From an uncultured Verrucomicrobiae bacterium (GTDB lineage Bacteria > Verrucomicrobiota > Verrucomicrobiia > Limisphaerales > JAFGQR01): a DNA stretch of 64,000 bases. The notes under the pieces were generated by a model, which was given only the letters and a program-made list of their open reading frames with translations, was not told the DNA's origin and ran no database searches. The position numbers and the translations under genes were made by a program. How positions within the stretch are numbered: position 1 is the stretch's first letter; each line of letters begins with the position of its first letter. The stretch covers positions 73,187 through 137,186 of the forward strand of contig CAWBHS010000081.1 in NCBI GenBank assembly GCA_963788655.1, given 5' to 3'. Positions 10,830-21,293 of the stretch are shown one piece after another.

Positions 10830-11777
10830 ATGCCTCGTGATGTCGTCACCGTCGAACGGTTCGCCAAAGAAAAAAGCAAAAGCCTTGGACTGAAGTTGCA
10901 CTCCGGCGGCCATGGAATGTCCCGCGTCATTCGCGAGCCCACCGTAAACCGCCCCGGACTGGCTCTGGCGGGATTCACCAAATACTTCGCCAGCCGGCGG
11001 ATTCAGGTGATGGGCAACGCGGAAGCTTCCTTCCTCCAGTCACTCACGTCCAAGGAACGCCTCCGCCGTTACTCCCATTTGCTGGGCTACCGCATTCCCT
11101 GTGTGGTCTTCTGTCGCAATCTTCTGCCCGACGACGATTTTACCCGGGCGGCGGAGAAGGTCAGTGTGCCGATTTTCACCTGCCCGCTCATCACCATGAA
11201 ATTCATCAACCTGGCCACGCTGGCGCTCGAAGCCATGTTTGCTCCCCGCGGCACCGAAATGGGCAGCATGGTGGACATTCTGGGCATCGGCGTCATGATC
11301 CGGGGTGAAAGCGGCATCGGCAAAAGCGAGTGCGCCTTGAACCTGATCGAACGCGGCTACAGCCTGGTTTCCGATGACGTCACCAAGGTCACGCTGCTGG
11401 ACGGGCGCGAGGTCATGGGCTCCAGTTCGGAAGTCACCCGCAACCACATGGAAGTCCGCGGCATCGGCATCATTAACGTCGCCTCGATGTTCGGCGTGCG
11501 GAGCATCCGCCGCGAAAAGCGCCTCGACTTGGTCGTTTCGCTAAAACCCTGGAACCAGGTGAACGACGTGGACCGGCTGGGCATGGAAGAGGAATTCGTC
11601 AAAATCCTCGGCATCAACATCCCGCATATCACCATCCCGGTCCGCCCGGGACGCGATCTGGCCCGCTTGATCGAGGTCGCCGCGTTCCAAATCAAGCTGC
11701 GCCTGGCCGGGTACAATGCGGCCAAGGAACTGGACGAACGTTTGATTTCCATGATGAGCCGGCCGGCGGAAGATTAA
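10830..11777 (+). CDS. hprK: HPr(Ser) kinase/phosphorylase
   Basis: NRPGLALAGF, GESGIGKSE, MEVRGIGIINV, IPVRPGRDLA. Confidence 0.96.
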   Translation: MPRDVVTVERFAKEKSKSLGLKLHSGGHGMSRVIREPTVNRPGLALAGFTKYFASRRIQVMGNAEASFLQSLTSKERLRRYSHLLGYRIPCVVFCRNLLPDDDFTRAAEKVSVPIFTCPLITMKFINLATLALEAMFAPRGTEMGSMVDILGIGVMIRGESGIGKSECALNLIERGYSLVSDDVTKVTLLDGREVMGSSSEVTRNHMEVRGIGIINVASMFGVRSIRREKRLDLVVSLKPWNQVNDVDRLGMEEEFVKILGINIPHITIPVRPGRDLARLIEVAAFQIKLRLAGYNAAKELDERLISMMSRPAED

Positions 11778-11824
11778 TTATTCGATTGGCAAACACCATC
11801 GCTTCCGCCTAGACTGGTCGGGAA

Positions 11825-12127
11825 ATGAGTGGCGCGCGTCGAGCAACTGAAGATGAAATGAAGGTAACGAAAGATATGTTGGTTACCAACAAACTGGGCA
11901 TCCACGCCCGGCCCGCCGCCCTGTTCGTCAAAACCGCCAACCGATTCGTCAGCGATATTTACGTGGAAAAAGACGGCGAACGCGTCAACGGCAAAAGCAT
12001 CATGGGGTTGATGATGCTGGCCGCCGGTCCGGGCAGTAAACTCACCGTCCATGCCGAAGGCGGCGACGCCTCGCGGGCCTTGACGGAACTGGAAGAGTTG
12101 CTCAACCGCAAGTTTGACGAAGATTGA
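11825..12127 (+). CDS. ptsH: Phosphocarrier protein HPr
   Basis: GIHARPA (His15) and NGKSIMGLM (Ser46); start may be 11858. Confidence 0.95.
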   Translation: MSGARRATEDEMKVTKDMLVTNKLGIHARPAALFVKTANRFVSDIYVEKDGERVNGKSIMGLMMLAAGPGSKLTVHAEGGDASRALTELEELLNRKFDED

Positions 12128-12286
12128 GCGTTGCCGAGCCGCAACGTTCCCAGGGGCTTGTCGGGGATTTTGAGGTGGCGGCAGGGATGGCGCCCACAAC
12201 GTTCGAAGCGGTCGCGCCCCCCTCAACGCCCGCCCTCATTGGACCAAGGGAGTTTCATCGCAAACACTAATTAATCTTTCAACCAA

Positions 12287-13057
12287 TCACATCCCCATAA
12301 TTTGGTACCCGCAATCCACGTAAAGCACCTGTCCGGTAATGGCCGCGGCCCCGTCGCTGGCGAGGAACAGTCCCGTGGCGCCGAGTTCGTCCGGAACGAC
12401 GTTGCGTTTGAGCGGGGCGTGTTCCTCGTAATGCTTGAGCATAGCGCTGAAGCCGGAAATACCCCGGGCAGCCAGCGTGTTCACCGGTCCGGCACTGATA
12501 CAGTTCACCCGGATCTTCTGCGGTCCCAGGTCGTAAGCCAGGTAACGAGTGCTGGCTTCCAGCGAGGCTTTGGCCACGCCCATAACGTTGTAATGGGGCA
12601 CCACCTTCTCCGCGCCGTAATAACTCATGGCCACGATGCTGCCACCGTCGGTCATCAATGGAGCCGCGGCGCGCCCCAGGGCGATCAGCGAATAGGCGCT
12701 GACATCGTGCGCAATGCGAAAGGCCTCGCGGCTGGTGTTGACAAACTGGCCTTCCAGCGCGTCCTTCGGCGCAAACGCCACCGAGTGCAGCAGCAGATGC
12801 AGCTTGCCGAATTTTTGTCCAACCTCGGCGAACACGCGGGCAATCTCGTCGTCTTTGGTCACGTCGCACGGCAGGATCAACGTATCGGCGCCAAACGTAC
12901 CGGCCAGCTCTTCGACATTATCCTTGAGCCGCTCGCCTTGATAGGTGAACGCCAGCCGGGCACCGGCCTGGGCCCAGGCTTGCGCGATGGCCCAGGCGAT
13001 GGAGCGTTTGTTGGCGACGCCAAAGACAATTCCCAGTTTTCCTTCGAGTAATGACAT
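12287..13057 (-). CDS. fabI: Enoyl-ACP reductase
   Basis: GVANKRSIAWAIA, YNVMGVAKASLE, ISAGPVNTLAA. Confidence 0.97.
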   Translation of the reverse strand: MSLLEGKLGIVFGVANKRSIAWAIAQAWAQAGARLAFTYQGERLKDNVEELAGTFGADTLILPCDVTKDDEIARVFAEVGQKFGKLHLLLHSVAFAPKDALEGQFVNTSREAFRIAHDVSAYSLIALGRAAAPLMTDGGSIVAMSYYGAEKVVPHYNVMGVAKASLEASTRYLAYDLGPQKIRVNCISAGPVNTLAARGISGFSAMLKHYEEHAPLKRNVVPDELGATGLFLASDGAAAITGQVLYVDCGYQIMGM

Positions 13058-13116
13058 AGTTCGATTTTTCTTGTTGGCGCTGAGCATGCCGGCAAAACGG
13101 GGGAAGGATCAAGTAT

Positions 13117-14496
13117 TCAACTGCGCCGCCCGTTGCGCCGCAGCCAGAAGAGGCCGGCCAATCCCACCACCAACAAGCCACTGACCGCCAGCGTGCTTAC
13201 GTTGGGCTGTCCGGAAAAATAACGCAGCACCGCCGCACCGAGCGCCGGCCCGGCGAAGATCCCGAAGCCGATGGCGGACTCGTGAATCCCGCCGTGGACG
13301 CCTTTGGTCTCCGTGGTATCCATTGAATAGAAAAGTGATGAGTAGTAAATCAGCCCGATGGCCCAACCAAAAAAGAGTTGGGCGATCACCACCGCCCACA
13401 ACTGCGGCACCAGGAACACAGCGAGGAAACTGCCGATCAGCGCCAGGTACGCACTCAGCAGCCAGCCAAAGTGGTAATGCCATCGTGTCCATTGCCAGTG
13501 CAGCACGAACGCCCCCAGCCGGGCAAAGAGCCAGATCGAACAAAAAAATCCGGCGTACATTGGGGTCAGTTCGTAGCGGCGGGCCAGCGCCGGGATCAGC
13601 GGAATCACGGTGCTGATGGCGATGTAGGCAAACGGATTGGCGAGCCAGGCCATGCGTTGGAACGTGGCTGCGGTCGCGGGAACTGCGTTGCTCGGATCGA
13701 CATCCGAAGGCCAGTCCGCAGTGGTCGCGGAGTCCAATGATTGAAGCGGGACCGAATCGGGATTAGGTGCGAAACGGGCGCCGTCCAATTCAGGGGTAGC
13801 GTTTGGCAACGCTGCTTCGGAAATACGACTGGAAGCGGCGACGTGGGCGAGGTCGGAAGCGGGGGCAACCGTGACGCGGGAAAGTTGTTGTTCGAAATGA
13901 TAACGTCGTTCGAGCCAAAAGGTGAGTCCCCACTGCACTGCGTGGAGTATCGCCGGAATCCAGAACACGCTCGCCGATCCCAGGAACGTAAACAATGCCC
14001 CACCCGCAAACGATGCGATCCCACCACCGCTGGCCCACACCACGTTGTAAATGCCGACCATCCGGGTAACACCCGCCCGGTCTTCGTCTTCGCTCGCCAG
14101 CGCTTCGAGCGTGGGCCAGGTGAAACACATGCCAACCGTCCAGAGCAGAATGCCGGCGACTTGTGCCGCGCTGCCGCCGACCAGCAGACCAGTCAGCATG
14201 CCCAATCCCATGATGGCGAAGCCAACTTTGAGGCTTGTGAAATAACCGTAAGTCTGGCCGAACCGTCCGCCGTACCAGGCGGACAAGCAATAGACCAGTC
14301 CGCTGGTCGCGGCCATCGCGAGGTTGCTCAAATTGCTAAATCCGAACCGAAGCTGAAGGTAGAAAAACAGGTAGGTGAAATAATAAACCGTGGCCAAGGC
14401 GTTGAGGGCCTCCAACGTGAAATATCCCAGCTTGAGTTTGCGATGCGTCATTGGCAGCGATGAATCGGGCCCCGCCGATCGGGCGGTGGCCGTCAT
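13117..14496 (-). CDS. MFS transporter
   Basis: ~12 hydrophobic segments in two halves separated by a long hydrophilic loop. Confidence 0.8.
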   Translation of the reverse strand: MTATARSAGPDSSLPMTHRKLKLGYFTLEALNALATVYYFTYLFFYLQLRFGFSNLSNLAMAATSGLVYCLSAWYGGRFGQTYGYFTSLKVGFAIMGLGMLTGLLVGGSAAQVAGILLWTVGMCFTWPTLEALASEDEDRAGVTRMVGIYNVVWASGGGIASFAGGALFTFLGSASVFWIPAILHAVQWGLTFWLERRYHFEQQLSRVTVAPASDLAHVAASSRISEAALPNATPELDGARFAPNPDSVPLQSLDSATTADWPSDVDPSNAVPATAATFQRMAWLANPFAYIAISTVIPLIPALARRYELTPMYAGFFCSIWLFARLGAFVLHWQWTRWHYHFGWLLSAYLALIGSFLAVFLVPQLWAVVIAQLFFGWAIGLIYYSSLFYSMDTTETKGVHGGIHESAIGFGIFAGPALGAAVLRYFSGQPNVSTLAVSGLLVVGLAGLFWLRRNGRRS

Positions 14497-14527
14497 AGCA
14501 TGACGGACTCTTTAGCCAAGGGGCATG

Positions 14528-14670
14528 AAATGACCAATGGCCAAGGACCAATGACCAGAGAATGACCAATGCCCAAGGACCAGTTAAGCAGAGTGAGGCC
14601 GTGTGATTGGCGATTGGAACTTGGGAATTGGAGCATTCTTTGGGACTCGGTCATTGGACATTGGTCATTG
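14528..14670. repeat. Heptamer-periodic inverted repeat (aatgacc...ggtcatt)
   Basis: aatgaccaatggccaaggaccaatgacc... followed by ...ttgggactcggtcattggacattggtcatt. Confidence 0.8.
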
Positions 14671-14770
14671 CCATTGCAAGCAATCCTCGACCTGCCCAGA
14701 ATGCCACAATTCCTCTGGCGTGTTCGCCTTTCGTTCGTTCGGCTTTCGAATTTCCGTCGCTCCTTCCTCG

Positions 14771-15286
14771 CTAATAATCGTACAGCCCGCTGTCGTGGCT
14801 GTAAGCACCGCCACCGCCGCCCATACCGTCTTCATCGCCTGGTCCGCCCATGAAATCGCCCAACACGTCGCCCATGTCCTCTTCGATCTTCTCAGGATCT
14901 TCGCCCGCCTCGAGCCGTTTGATGGCCACGTCCATTTCCTTGGGCATGGTGCCGGCGGGCATGAGATCCTTCATCTTCTTCATCAGATGCGCCATGTGCT
15001 TGGGATTATTTTCATCCAAATGTTCCATGTCGCGCTCCAATTCGCCCATGGCCCGCATCACGCGCGGATCGTCCATGTCCGGCATCGACGGACCGCCTTC
15101 GTCGTCCATCTCCGGTTTGGCGGCGGGTTCCTTGATCCCCTTGGTCATGGCGAACCGGCTCATTTGGCGGACCATTTTCTTATTGCCGCATTTGGGGCAC
15201 TTCGGCTGGCGCTCCGGGTTGACTCGCTGCGAAAGGAAATTAAAAATCACCCGGCACTTCGGGCAGGCAAATTCGTAGATCGGCAT
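14771..15286 (-). CDS. FmdB-family zinc ribbon protein
   Basis: MPIYEFACPKC...CPKCG, acidic Met-rich tail. Confidence 0.88.
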   Translation of the reverse strand: MPIYEFACPKCRVIFNFLSQRVNPERQPKCPKCGNKKMVRQMSRFAMTKGIKEPAAKPEMDDEGGPSMPDMDDPRVMRAMGELERDMEHLDENNPKHMAHLMKKMKDLMPAGTMPKEMDVAIKRLEAGEDPEKIEEDMGDVLGDFMGGPGDEDGMGGGGGAYSHDSGLYDY

Positions 15287-15523
15287 AGTTCGTTACACAA
15301 TTCCATTGTTCCAACACCGTGGAGAATGAACAAAGGAACCTTCCCGCGTCAAGCGCCGGACACAATTCAATTCCTGCGCGCCGGCGATCTTTTCACCCCT
15401 TCTCCGCTCCAGAACCATCGAGGTGGGGCGCTCAGTCCTCTGCGCCGCGAACGTTGCCGACTGCGCCCTGGGACAAAGCGGCGGGCACGGAGTGGCGCGC
15501 CCGACCAGCCCCCTGAATGACAA

Positions 15524-16588
15524 TTACCACGATCCCCCTCCCGCAGCAGCGCCACGCGTGTCAACCCACTTCGGAAAACGGGAGCTGGCGATCTTCCGAA
15601 TTTGGCCGTCGGCTTCACGAACGATGAACAGCGCGGAAGCCTTGGGATGTTGTTCGATCCAACGCAGTCCTTCCTTTTCTCCCAACACAAACAGGGTGGT
15701 GGCCACGCCATCCGCCCGAAGGCAAGTGTCGGCCACCACCGAGACGCTGTGGAGGCGGTGATGAACGGGCGTGCCGGTGCGCGGATCGATGATGTGCGAA
15801 TACAAACGCCCTTGCGCATCCTCGTAAAACCGCCGGTAATCGCCCGACGTGGCAATGGCTTGGTTGCTCACCGAAATGATGGCCGCGAGATCATCGCCAC
15901 CGAACGCAGCGGGATTGGGCGCTTCCACGCCGACGCGCCAGGGTTGTTGCCGCGGGCTCAGGCCATAAGCAACCACTTCACCGCCGATCTCGACGAACAC
16001 ATTGGTGATCCCATGATCGCGGATGACGCGCGCAACTTCATCGACGCCAAACCCTTTAGCCACGGCGCTAAGGTTCAATTGCAACTGCGGCAAATCCTTT
16101 TGTAATTCGCCAGTCTCAGTAACGCGGAGATGCTGGCAGCCACAAACTTTGCGCGCTTGGGCCACTTGCTCCGCTGGCGGTGGTGTGAACCGGTCGCCTT
16201 GCTGGCCGAACCCCCAGACGTTGATGAGCGGTCCCAGCGTGGGATCGAACACGCCGTCGGAAGCCCGATTCAATTCAATAGCAAAACGCGTCACCATGGC
16301 AAAACCCGCTGCGACTTTGAAGGGCGCCGTGGACGTCAAGTTGTTGAACTGCGAGAGTTCGCTGTTGGTCTGGTAGTGCGACATTTGCCGGTTGACCTCT
16401 ATAAGGCGATTTTCCACTTCGACTTTGAGTTGCTCGAATTTCGAATCGGTCAGCGCGGTGCGGGCGATCTTAATCGAGTAAGTAGTGCCCATCGTTTCGC
16501 CCTGCCAGGCGAAGTCGCGAGTGGGTGCTTCCGCGCCAATCGCGCCGCGGATGCAAAGCGTGATCAAGACTATCGTCAAAAGCCGCAT
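15524..16588 (-). CDS. apbE: FAD:protein FMN transferase
   Basis: TMGTTYSI, FDPTLGPLINVWGFG, LSAVAKGFGVD, ATSGDYRR, SHIIDPRTG, ADGVAT. Confidence 0.95.
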   Translation of the reverse strand: MRLLTIVLITLCIRGAIGAEAPTRDFAWQGETMGTTYSIKIARTALTDSKFEQLKVEVENRLIEVNRQMSHYQTNSELSQFNNLTSTAPFKVAAGFAMVTRFAIELNRASDGVFDPTLGPLINVWGFGQQGDRFTPPPAEQVAQARKVCGCQHLRVTETGELQKDLPQLQLNLSAVAKGFGVDEVARVIRDHGITNVFVEIGGEVVAYGLSPRQQPWRVGVEAPNPAAFGGDDLAAIISVSNQAIATSGDYRRFYEDAQGRLYSHIIDPRTGTPVHHRLHSVSVVADTCLRADGVATTLFVLGEKEGLRWIEQHPKASALFIVREADGQIRKIASSRFPKWVDTRGAAAGGGSW

Positions 16589-16657
16589 GCTCCAGTGTGG
16601 GGGAGCCGAGGCGGTCCGGTGCAAGCGAAAAAGCAGTGACTCAGAGTGGCAGCCCGA

Positions 16658-16730
16658 TTCACCGTAAAGACGCGAAGCGCGCAAAGAACGTCGCTGAGTA
16701 ACTTTGCGCCCTTCGTGACTTTGCGGTGAA
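16658..16730. repeat. Palindromic hairpin repeat, same family as 3637-3706
   Basis: ttcaccgtaaagacgcgaagcgcgcaaag ... ctttgcgcccttcgtgactttgcggtgaa. Confidence 0.8.
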
Positions 16731-16873
16731 ATGGAGCCGTCCAAGCCCTTTGCGGGCAACCGTTCCGGTTCGCGCGGGACGATGCGCCCCTCATCAAATT
16801 CAACTTAGGTCGGCGGCTACGGCGGCCGCGAAATATCCTGGCCAATGTGTCCGCTGATGCTTGCGGGCCTCAA

Positions 16874-18871
16874 TCACGTTCCCCCCGCGTCCCCGCCGGC
16901 AAAGGAAAGGGCCTCCTCCAGCCACGTGTCGGTGCGCAACACAGTCTTGCGTTGTTTGAAGGTGTGATGTTGGGAGTTGTGTTGCGCCAACACGAAGGCG
17001 GCTTGGGCAATTCTCCGGCGGCCGGGCACGCCGTTGCGAAGGCTGCGCCGCAAGGCATGTTGCAACGATCGCGGCAGGTAGCGGCGGATGAGTTCGTCCT
17101 CGGCGCTGACAAATGCTTGCGCGCTGCCGGGATCTCCCTGCCGGGCAGAACGACCAAAGAGCTGCCGGTCCACCCGCCCGGACTCGTGGCGTTCGGTGGA
17201 CAGCACGTGCAATCCGCCGTTGATCGCCACACCGGCGCCCAGTTTTATGTCCGTACCGCGTCCGGCCATGTTGGTGGCAATGGTGATGCATCCGGGTTCC
17301 CCGGCCAGGGCCACGATGGCGGCTTCTTCCTGATGGCGCACCGCGTTGAGCAAGCGGAACTCCAGCTTCCGCTCGTGGAGCAAGGTGGCGAGCTTTTCAC
17401 TGGCCGCCACACTGCGCGAGCCGACCAGGATTGGGCGACCGACGGTGTGCAGCCGTTCGATTTCCTCGACAATAGCCGTCCATTTGGAATCTTCATCCGC
17501 AAACACCCGGTCCGGCCAATGCTCGCGGATGCACGGCTTGTTGGTCGGGATGGCAACCACTGGGAGCTTGTAGATTTGCCAAAATTCCCCCGCCGCCTCG
17601 CGGGCCGTGCCCGACATGCCGGCCAAGCGATGAAAGCACCGGAAGAACCGTTGAAAGCTGAGCCGGGCGATGGTTTCGGAGGGATTGGAAATGGTCAATT
17701 CTTCCTTGGCTTCGATGGCCTGGTGTAAACCCTGACGCCAGGTGCGCTGGGGCATTTGCCGGCCGGTGAATTCATCGACGATGACGATCTTCTCGCTGTC
17801 CGCAATGATGTATTGCTTATCACGATGAAAGAATTCGCGCGCCACCAATGCCTGCCGGATTAATTCGTCCCGCCGGTCCCGGCCCTGCCAAAGCCCGGGC
17901 AACGACGCGCAAGCCGCCGCCACCTTTTCGCGCCCCGGCCGGGTCAATTCGATTTCCCGGTAACGTTGATTGAGCTGGTAGTCCGTTCCGGTTGCCAGGG
18001 AGTCCGCAATCTGTTGGGCGATGGTAACGGCTTGTTCGAGGTTCTCATTTTTCTGCGCCGCGGAGATGATGAGCGGCGTCACCGCTTCGTCCACCAATAC
18101 GCTGTCCGCTTCGTCCACAATGGCGGTATATAGGCCCCGCATCACCAAGCCGTCGCGCACCGCCAATTGCGGACGTAGCAACTGACGGATCAATCGGCGT
18201 GACGGATGATTCAGCGTGCCGAGCCGCAACCGGTCGCGCAGAAAGTCCGCCAGCAACTCTTTACTGGTCACGTACGTGATGTCCGCCGCGTAACCCTTCT
18301 GGCGGTCTGGCGGCTCCATCGCACCAGTAACGCAGCCTTCGCGAACGCCGCAAAAGGTGTAGAGCGGCCGCATCCATTTCGCGTCACGCTGAACGAGGTA
18401 ATCGTTCACCGTCACGATGTGGCAGGGGCGCCGGGTCCATCCCGCCAGCACCGCCGCCAGACTGGCCGTCAGCGTCTTGCCTTCGCCGGTGGCCATTTCC
18501 GCCAGGTAACCTCGGTGCAACGCCAACGCCCCCATCAGTTGCACGACGAACGGCCGCAATCCCAGGAGCCGCGCGGCCGCTTCCCGAACGGCCGCCAGCG
18601 CCGGCACGACGCAATCTTCAACATCTTTCCCGCCCCGACGGAATTGCGCGCGAAACTCCATGAGTTTCTCGTGCAATTGATGATTGGGCAGATCCTGCCA
18701 GTGGCCGGCATGCGCGTCGATGGTTTCGGCGAGGCGGCGCAGGTCCGTCAGAATGTGCGGGCGACGATGGTAATGTCCCGCCACGCTGTGGACCGCCGCG
18801 TCCAATCCCTTGAGCAAACGCGGCGGCGTGCGGTGACTAAAGCGGCGGAATTGCTGAGTGGGCGTGATCAC
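16874..18871 (-). CDS. Short accessory SecA-family ATPase
   Basis: EMATGEGKT, TVNDYL, VDEADSVLVDEA, DEFTGR, ATNMAGRGTDI, QLFGRSARQGDPG; ~665 aa, ends soon after the second RecA domain; GTG start 7 nt after M50 stop is inferred. Confidence 0.92.
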   Translation of the reverse strand: MITPTQQFRRFSHRTPPRLLKGLDAAVHSVAGHYHRRPHILTDLRRLAETIDAHAGHWQDLPNHQLHEKLMEFRAQFRRGGKDVEDCVVPALAAVREAAARLLGLRPFVVQLMGALALHRGYLAEMATGEGKTLTASLAAVLAGWTRRPCHIVTVNDYLVQRDAKWMRPLYTFCGVREGCVTGAMEPPDRQKGYAADITYVTSKELLADFLRDRLRLGTLNHPSRRLIRQLLRPQLAVRDGLVMRGLYTAIVDEADSVLVDEAVTPLIISAAQKNENLEQAVTIAQQIADSLATGTDYQLNQRYREIELTRPGREKVAAACASLPGLWQGRDRRDELIRQALVAREFFHRDKQYIIADSEKIVIVDEFTGRQMPQRTWRQGLHQAIEAKEELTISNPSETIARLSFQRFFRCFHRLAGMSGTAREAAGEFWQIYKLPVVAIPTNKPCIREHWPDRVFADEDSKWTAIVEEIERLHTVGRPILVGSRSVAASEKLATLLHERKLEFRLLNAVRHQEEAAIVALAGEPGCITIATNMAGRGTDIKLGAGVAINGGLHVLSTERHESGRVDRQLFGRSARQGDPGSAQAFVSAEDELIRRYLPRSLQHALRRSLRNGVPGRRRIAQAAFVLAQHNSQHHTFKQRKTVLRTDTWLEEALSFAGGDAGGT

Positions 18872-18878
18872 GCGGCGT

Positions 18879-21029
18879 TCACATTTGATACCGCTTTTGC
18901 AGAAGTTGGTACAGACGACGCATCCAGCGAGGCAGCAGCGGCTCGGGATCGAGATCAAAACGAATCTTGCCGGCGCGTCCATGGACATAGGCGACTTCCG
19001 GATCCGTCGGCAAATCGGCATGAACTTCAAAAAACGGCTCCGCCGCCTTCGACGGATCCTTCGGCGTGACGGCAACCTCGCCACCCGCGGCCCAGCCCAA
19101 TGCGGGCGAGGGTAATTGCTGTTTGCCGCCAGGAATGACTTCCCAACTTTTGGCGCGAATCATTTCTCCTGCCTGGCCGTACAACCGAATTTCCGCGCCA
19201 TGAATGTGCCGGGCAAAAATGGCATCGACATCCGCCTGTTCGACCGTAGCCGTGAACTCAAACGTGGCCGGTTCAACCAACAACCCCAGAGGCGTGCCAC
19301 GTTCCAACCGCCGTCCCAGGTAATCCTGAATGCCGGGCGCCACCCAGACGCCGGGCTGCCGAGCCCGAACTACCAAAGACGCGTGATCGGCTTTCAATTT
19401 GCGCAAACGCTGCGTCACGGTTTCCATCCGGCTTTGGAGCGGTTTCAGATTGGCGGTGGCCTCTTTCATGGCCTGACGGAGACGCGCTTCAATTTCCTGG
19501 TAACGTGCCTGCGCGTTGACCAAATCCAGTTCGAGCTCCGGATTGCTCAATTGCACGAGCGCATCATTCGGTCGCACGCGACTGCCTGGCTGGGCCAGCA
19601 CGGTTTGGACGGTGCCCGCGACCTCATTCAATACCAACGACCGATCATGCGCCTGAAGAATGCCCGGCGCACGGAAATGGCTGGGAAAGGGAATGACCGC
19701 CAGCAATACCAGGAGCGCTGCCGCCAGGCCCACCGTGGCAGCCACGGCCCGCGGACGGTTCCGATCGAGACGGGGACTGGACGCGAGGTAATGGATGAAC
19801 TTGCCAACCGGCACAATCACCCAGGAGATCAGACAGACGACCGCCATGATGATGCCCAGAATAAAAAAACGGTCGGCGACCAGCAGCAAGATGCCGCCGA
19901 AGACAATCACCCGATAAATCCCGCTGGCAATGCCGAAGACCACCAGCCAGACGGCCTCGCGGCGATTGTTCGCCGGGCTGTCCTCTTTCTTTAAACCAAA
20001 CAACCAGCGTTCGGCATAAAAGCGCAGTTGCCGCATGGCGCGCTGGGAGAGGTTCGGGATTTCGAGCAGGTCGGACAAAATGTAGTAACCATCAAACCGC
20101 AGCAACGGATTGACGTTGAACACGACCGTGGACACTGACGCGACAAACAACATGTTGTACGCCAGGCTGTGGATGGTGCCGGGCCCAGTGTTTGCCCAGA
20201 CAAAAACCGCCAGCGCGGCCACGAACAACTCGACGATCATGCCCGCGCATCCGACCAGGATGCGTTTCCAGCGGCTGCGGAAGGCCCAACTTGAAGTGGC
20301 ATCCACGTACGGCACCGGCGTGAAGATCATGAACAGGATGCCCATGGTGTGAACTTCGCCGCCGAACCGACGGCAGAAAAAGGCATGGCCGAACTCGTGC
20401 AGCGTCTTGATGATCACCAATCCCGCGTACAGCAGGAACAAGTTGTCCGGCGCCAGCACCGCCTGCGAATGTTCGCGCAGCGTGGAAAAATTGTCGGCTA
20501 CAACCTTCAATCCCCACCCGACCACCACCAGCCAGATCAAGGCGCCAATCGGATTGAGCAGCTTGCCCACCAGCGGCATTGCGCGCACCAGAAACCGGTC
20601 GGGATCCAGCAGCGGGATGCGCATGAACATGATGTTCATCAATCGCGCCGCAGTTTCGCGTTGTTTGCGTTTCTTGTACCGGTCGAACAATTGGGCGCTG
20701 TCAGCGGCCAGATCGTATTGCAGCAGGTTGGCGAAATACAATTGGGACAACAACTGGATTACGGCTTCCTGGCCGGGGGCTTCATCGGGGAACCGGTTGA
20801 GGCACTGCTGCCAGGCCTCCTGCACCGTGCAGTCCGGCCGCAAGCGCGCGACGAACTCGTACGCCGCGGGCCGGAGCCGGAAGAACTGGTTGCTGAAGGG
20901 ATTCTCCAGGACGATCCACCGATCCCCTCGATAATTTTGGCGCCGCACCTTGATGCCAGGGCGCAGGTGAATGCGCTGGTTGGCAATGCGGTACCACGAC
21001 TCACTAAAAGTTGGAAGACTTTCAGCCAT
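18879..21029 (-). CDS. PqqD-like / site-2 protease (M50) / HlyD-like membrane-fusion fusion protein
   Basis: LHEFGH and FNVNPLLRFDGY M50 motifs; N-terminal PqqD-like domain; C-terminal lipoyl/coiled-coil hairpin (VLAQPGSRV..LVQLSNPEL). Confidence 0.9.
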   Translation of the reverse strand: MAESLPTFSESWYRIANQRIHLRPGIKVRRQNYRGDRWIVLENPFSNQFFRLRPAAYEFVARLRPDCTVQEAWQQCLNRFPDEAPGQEAVIQLLSQLYFANLLQYDLAADSAQLFDRYKKRKQRETAARLMNIMFMRIPLLDPDRFLVRAMPLVGKLLNPIGALIWLVVVGWGLKVVADNFSTLREHSQAVLAPDNLFLLYAGLVIIKTLHEFGHAFFCRRFGGEVHTMGILFMIFTPVPYVDATSSWAFRSRWKRILVGCAGMIVELFVAALAVFVWANTGPGTIHSLAYNMLFVASVSTVVFNVNPLLRFDGYYILSDLLEIPNLSQRAMRQLRFYAERWLFGLKKEDSPANNRREAVWLVVFGIASGIYRVIVFGGILLLVADRFFILGIIMAVVCLISWVIVPVGKFIHYLASSPRLDRNRPRAVAATVGLAAALLVLLAVIPFPSHFRAPGILQAHDRSLVLNEVAGTVQTVLAQPGSRVRPNDALVQLSNPELELDLVNAQARYQEIEARLRQAMKEATANLKPLQSRMETVTQRLRKLKADHASLVVRARQPGVWVAPGIQDYLGRRLERGTPLGLLVEPATFEFTATVEQADVDAIFARHIHGAEIRLYGQAGEMIRAKSWEVIPGGKQQLPSPALGWAAGGEVAVTPKDPSKAAEPFFEVHADLPTDPEVAYVHGRAGKIRFDLDPEPLLPRWMRRLYQLLQKRYQM

Positions 21030-21137
21030 GCATTGTTCGAATGGACTTTAGGCTAATTGCGCCGCCGATGCAACCTTGCTGCTGCGCGGGCATTGGAAGA
21101 CCTCAAGAACTATGAGACTAGTACCGGAAGTAGCATT

Positions 21138-21273
21138 AACCACGGATTTCATGGATTTCACGGATACAAAACCTTGGACGCCCGAGGCGTCGCCAAGTTG
21201 CCTCACAATACAGGTGACCACTCTTCTTCAGGAAAGTTCTTCGCCATCTGTGTAATCCGGGCGATCCGTGGTT
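21138..21273. repeat. 9-nt-periodic inverted repeat (cacggattt type)
   Basis: aaccacggatttcatggatttcacggat ... atctgtgtaatccgggcgatccgtggtt. Confidence 0.8.
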
Positions 21274-21293
21274 CCAACTGCTTTGAGGTTCAA

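Noticed and set aside
14528..14670. CRISPR array in the periodic repeats (also 43344 and 60543)
   Set aside because: No constant-length direct repeats with unique spacers and no cas genes
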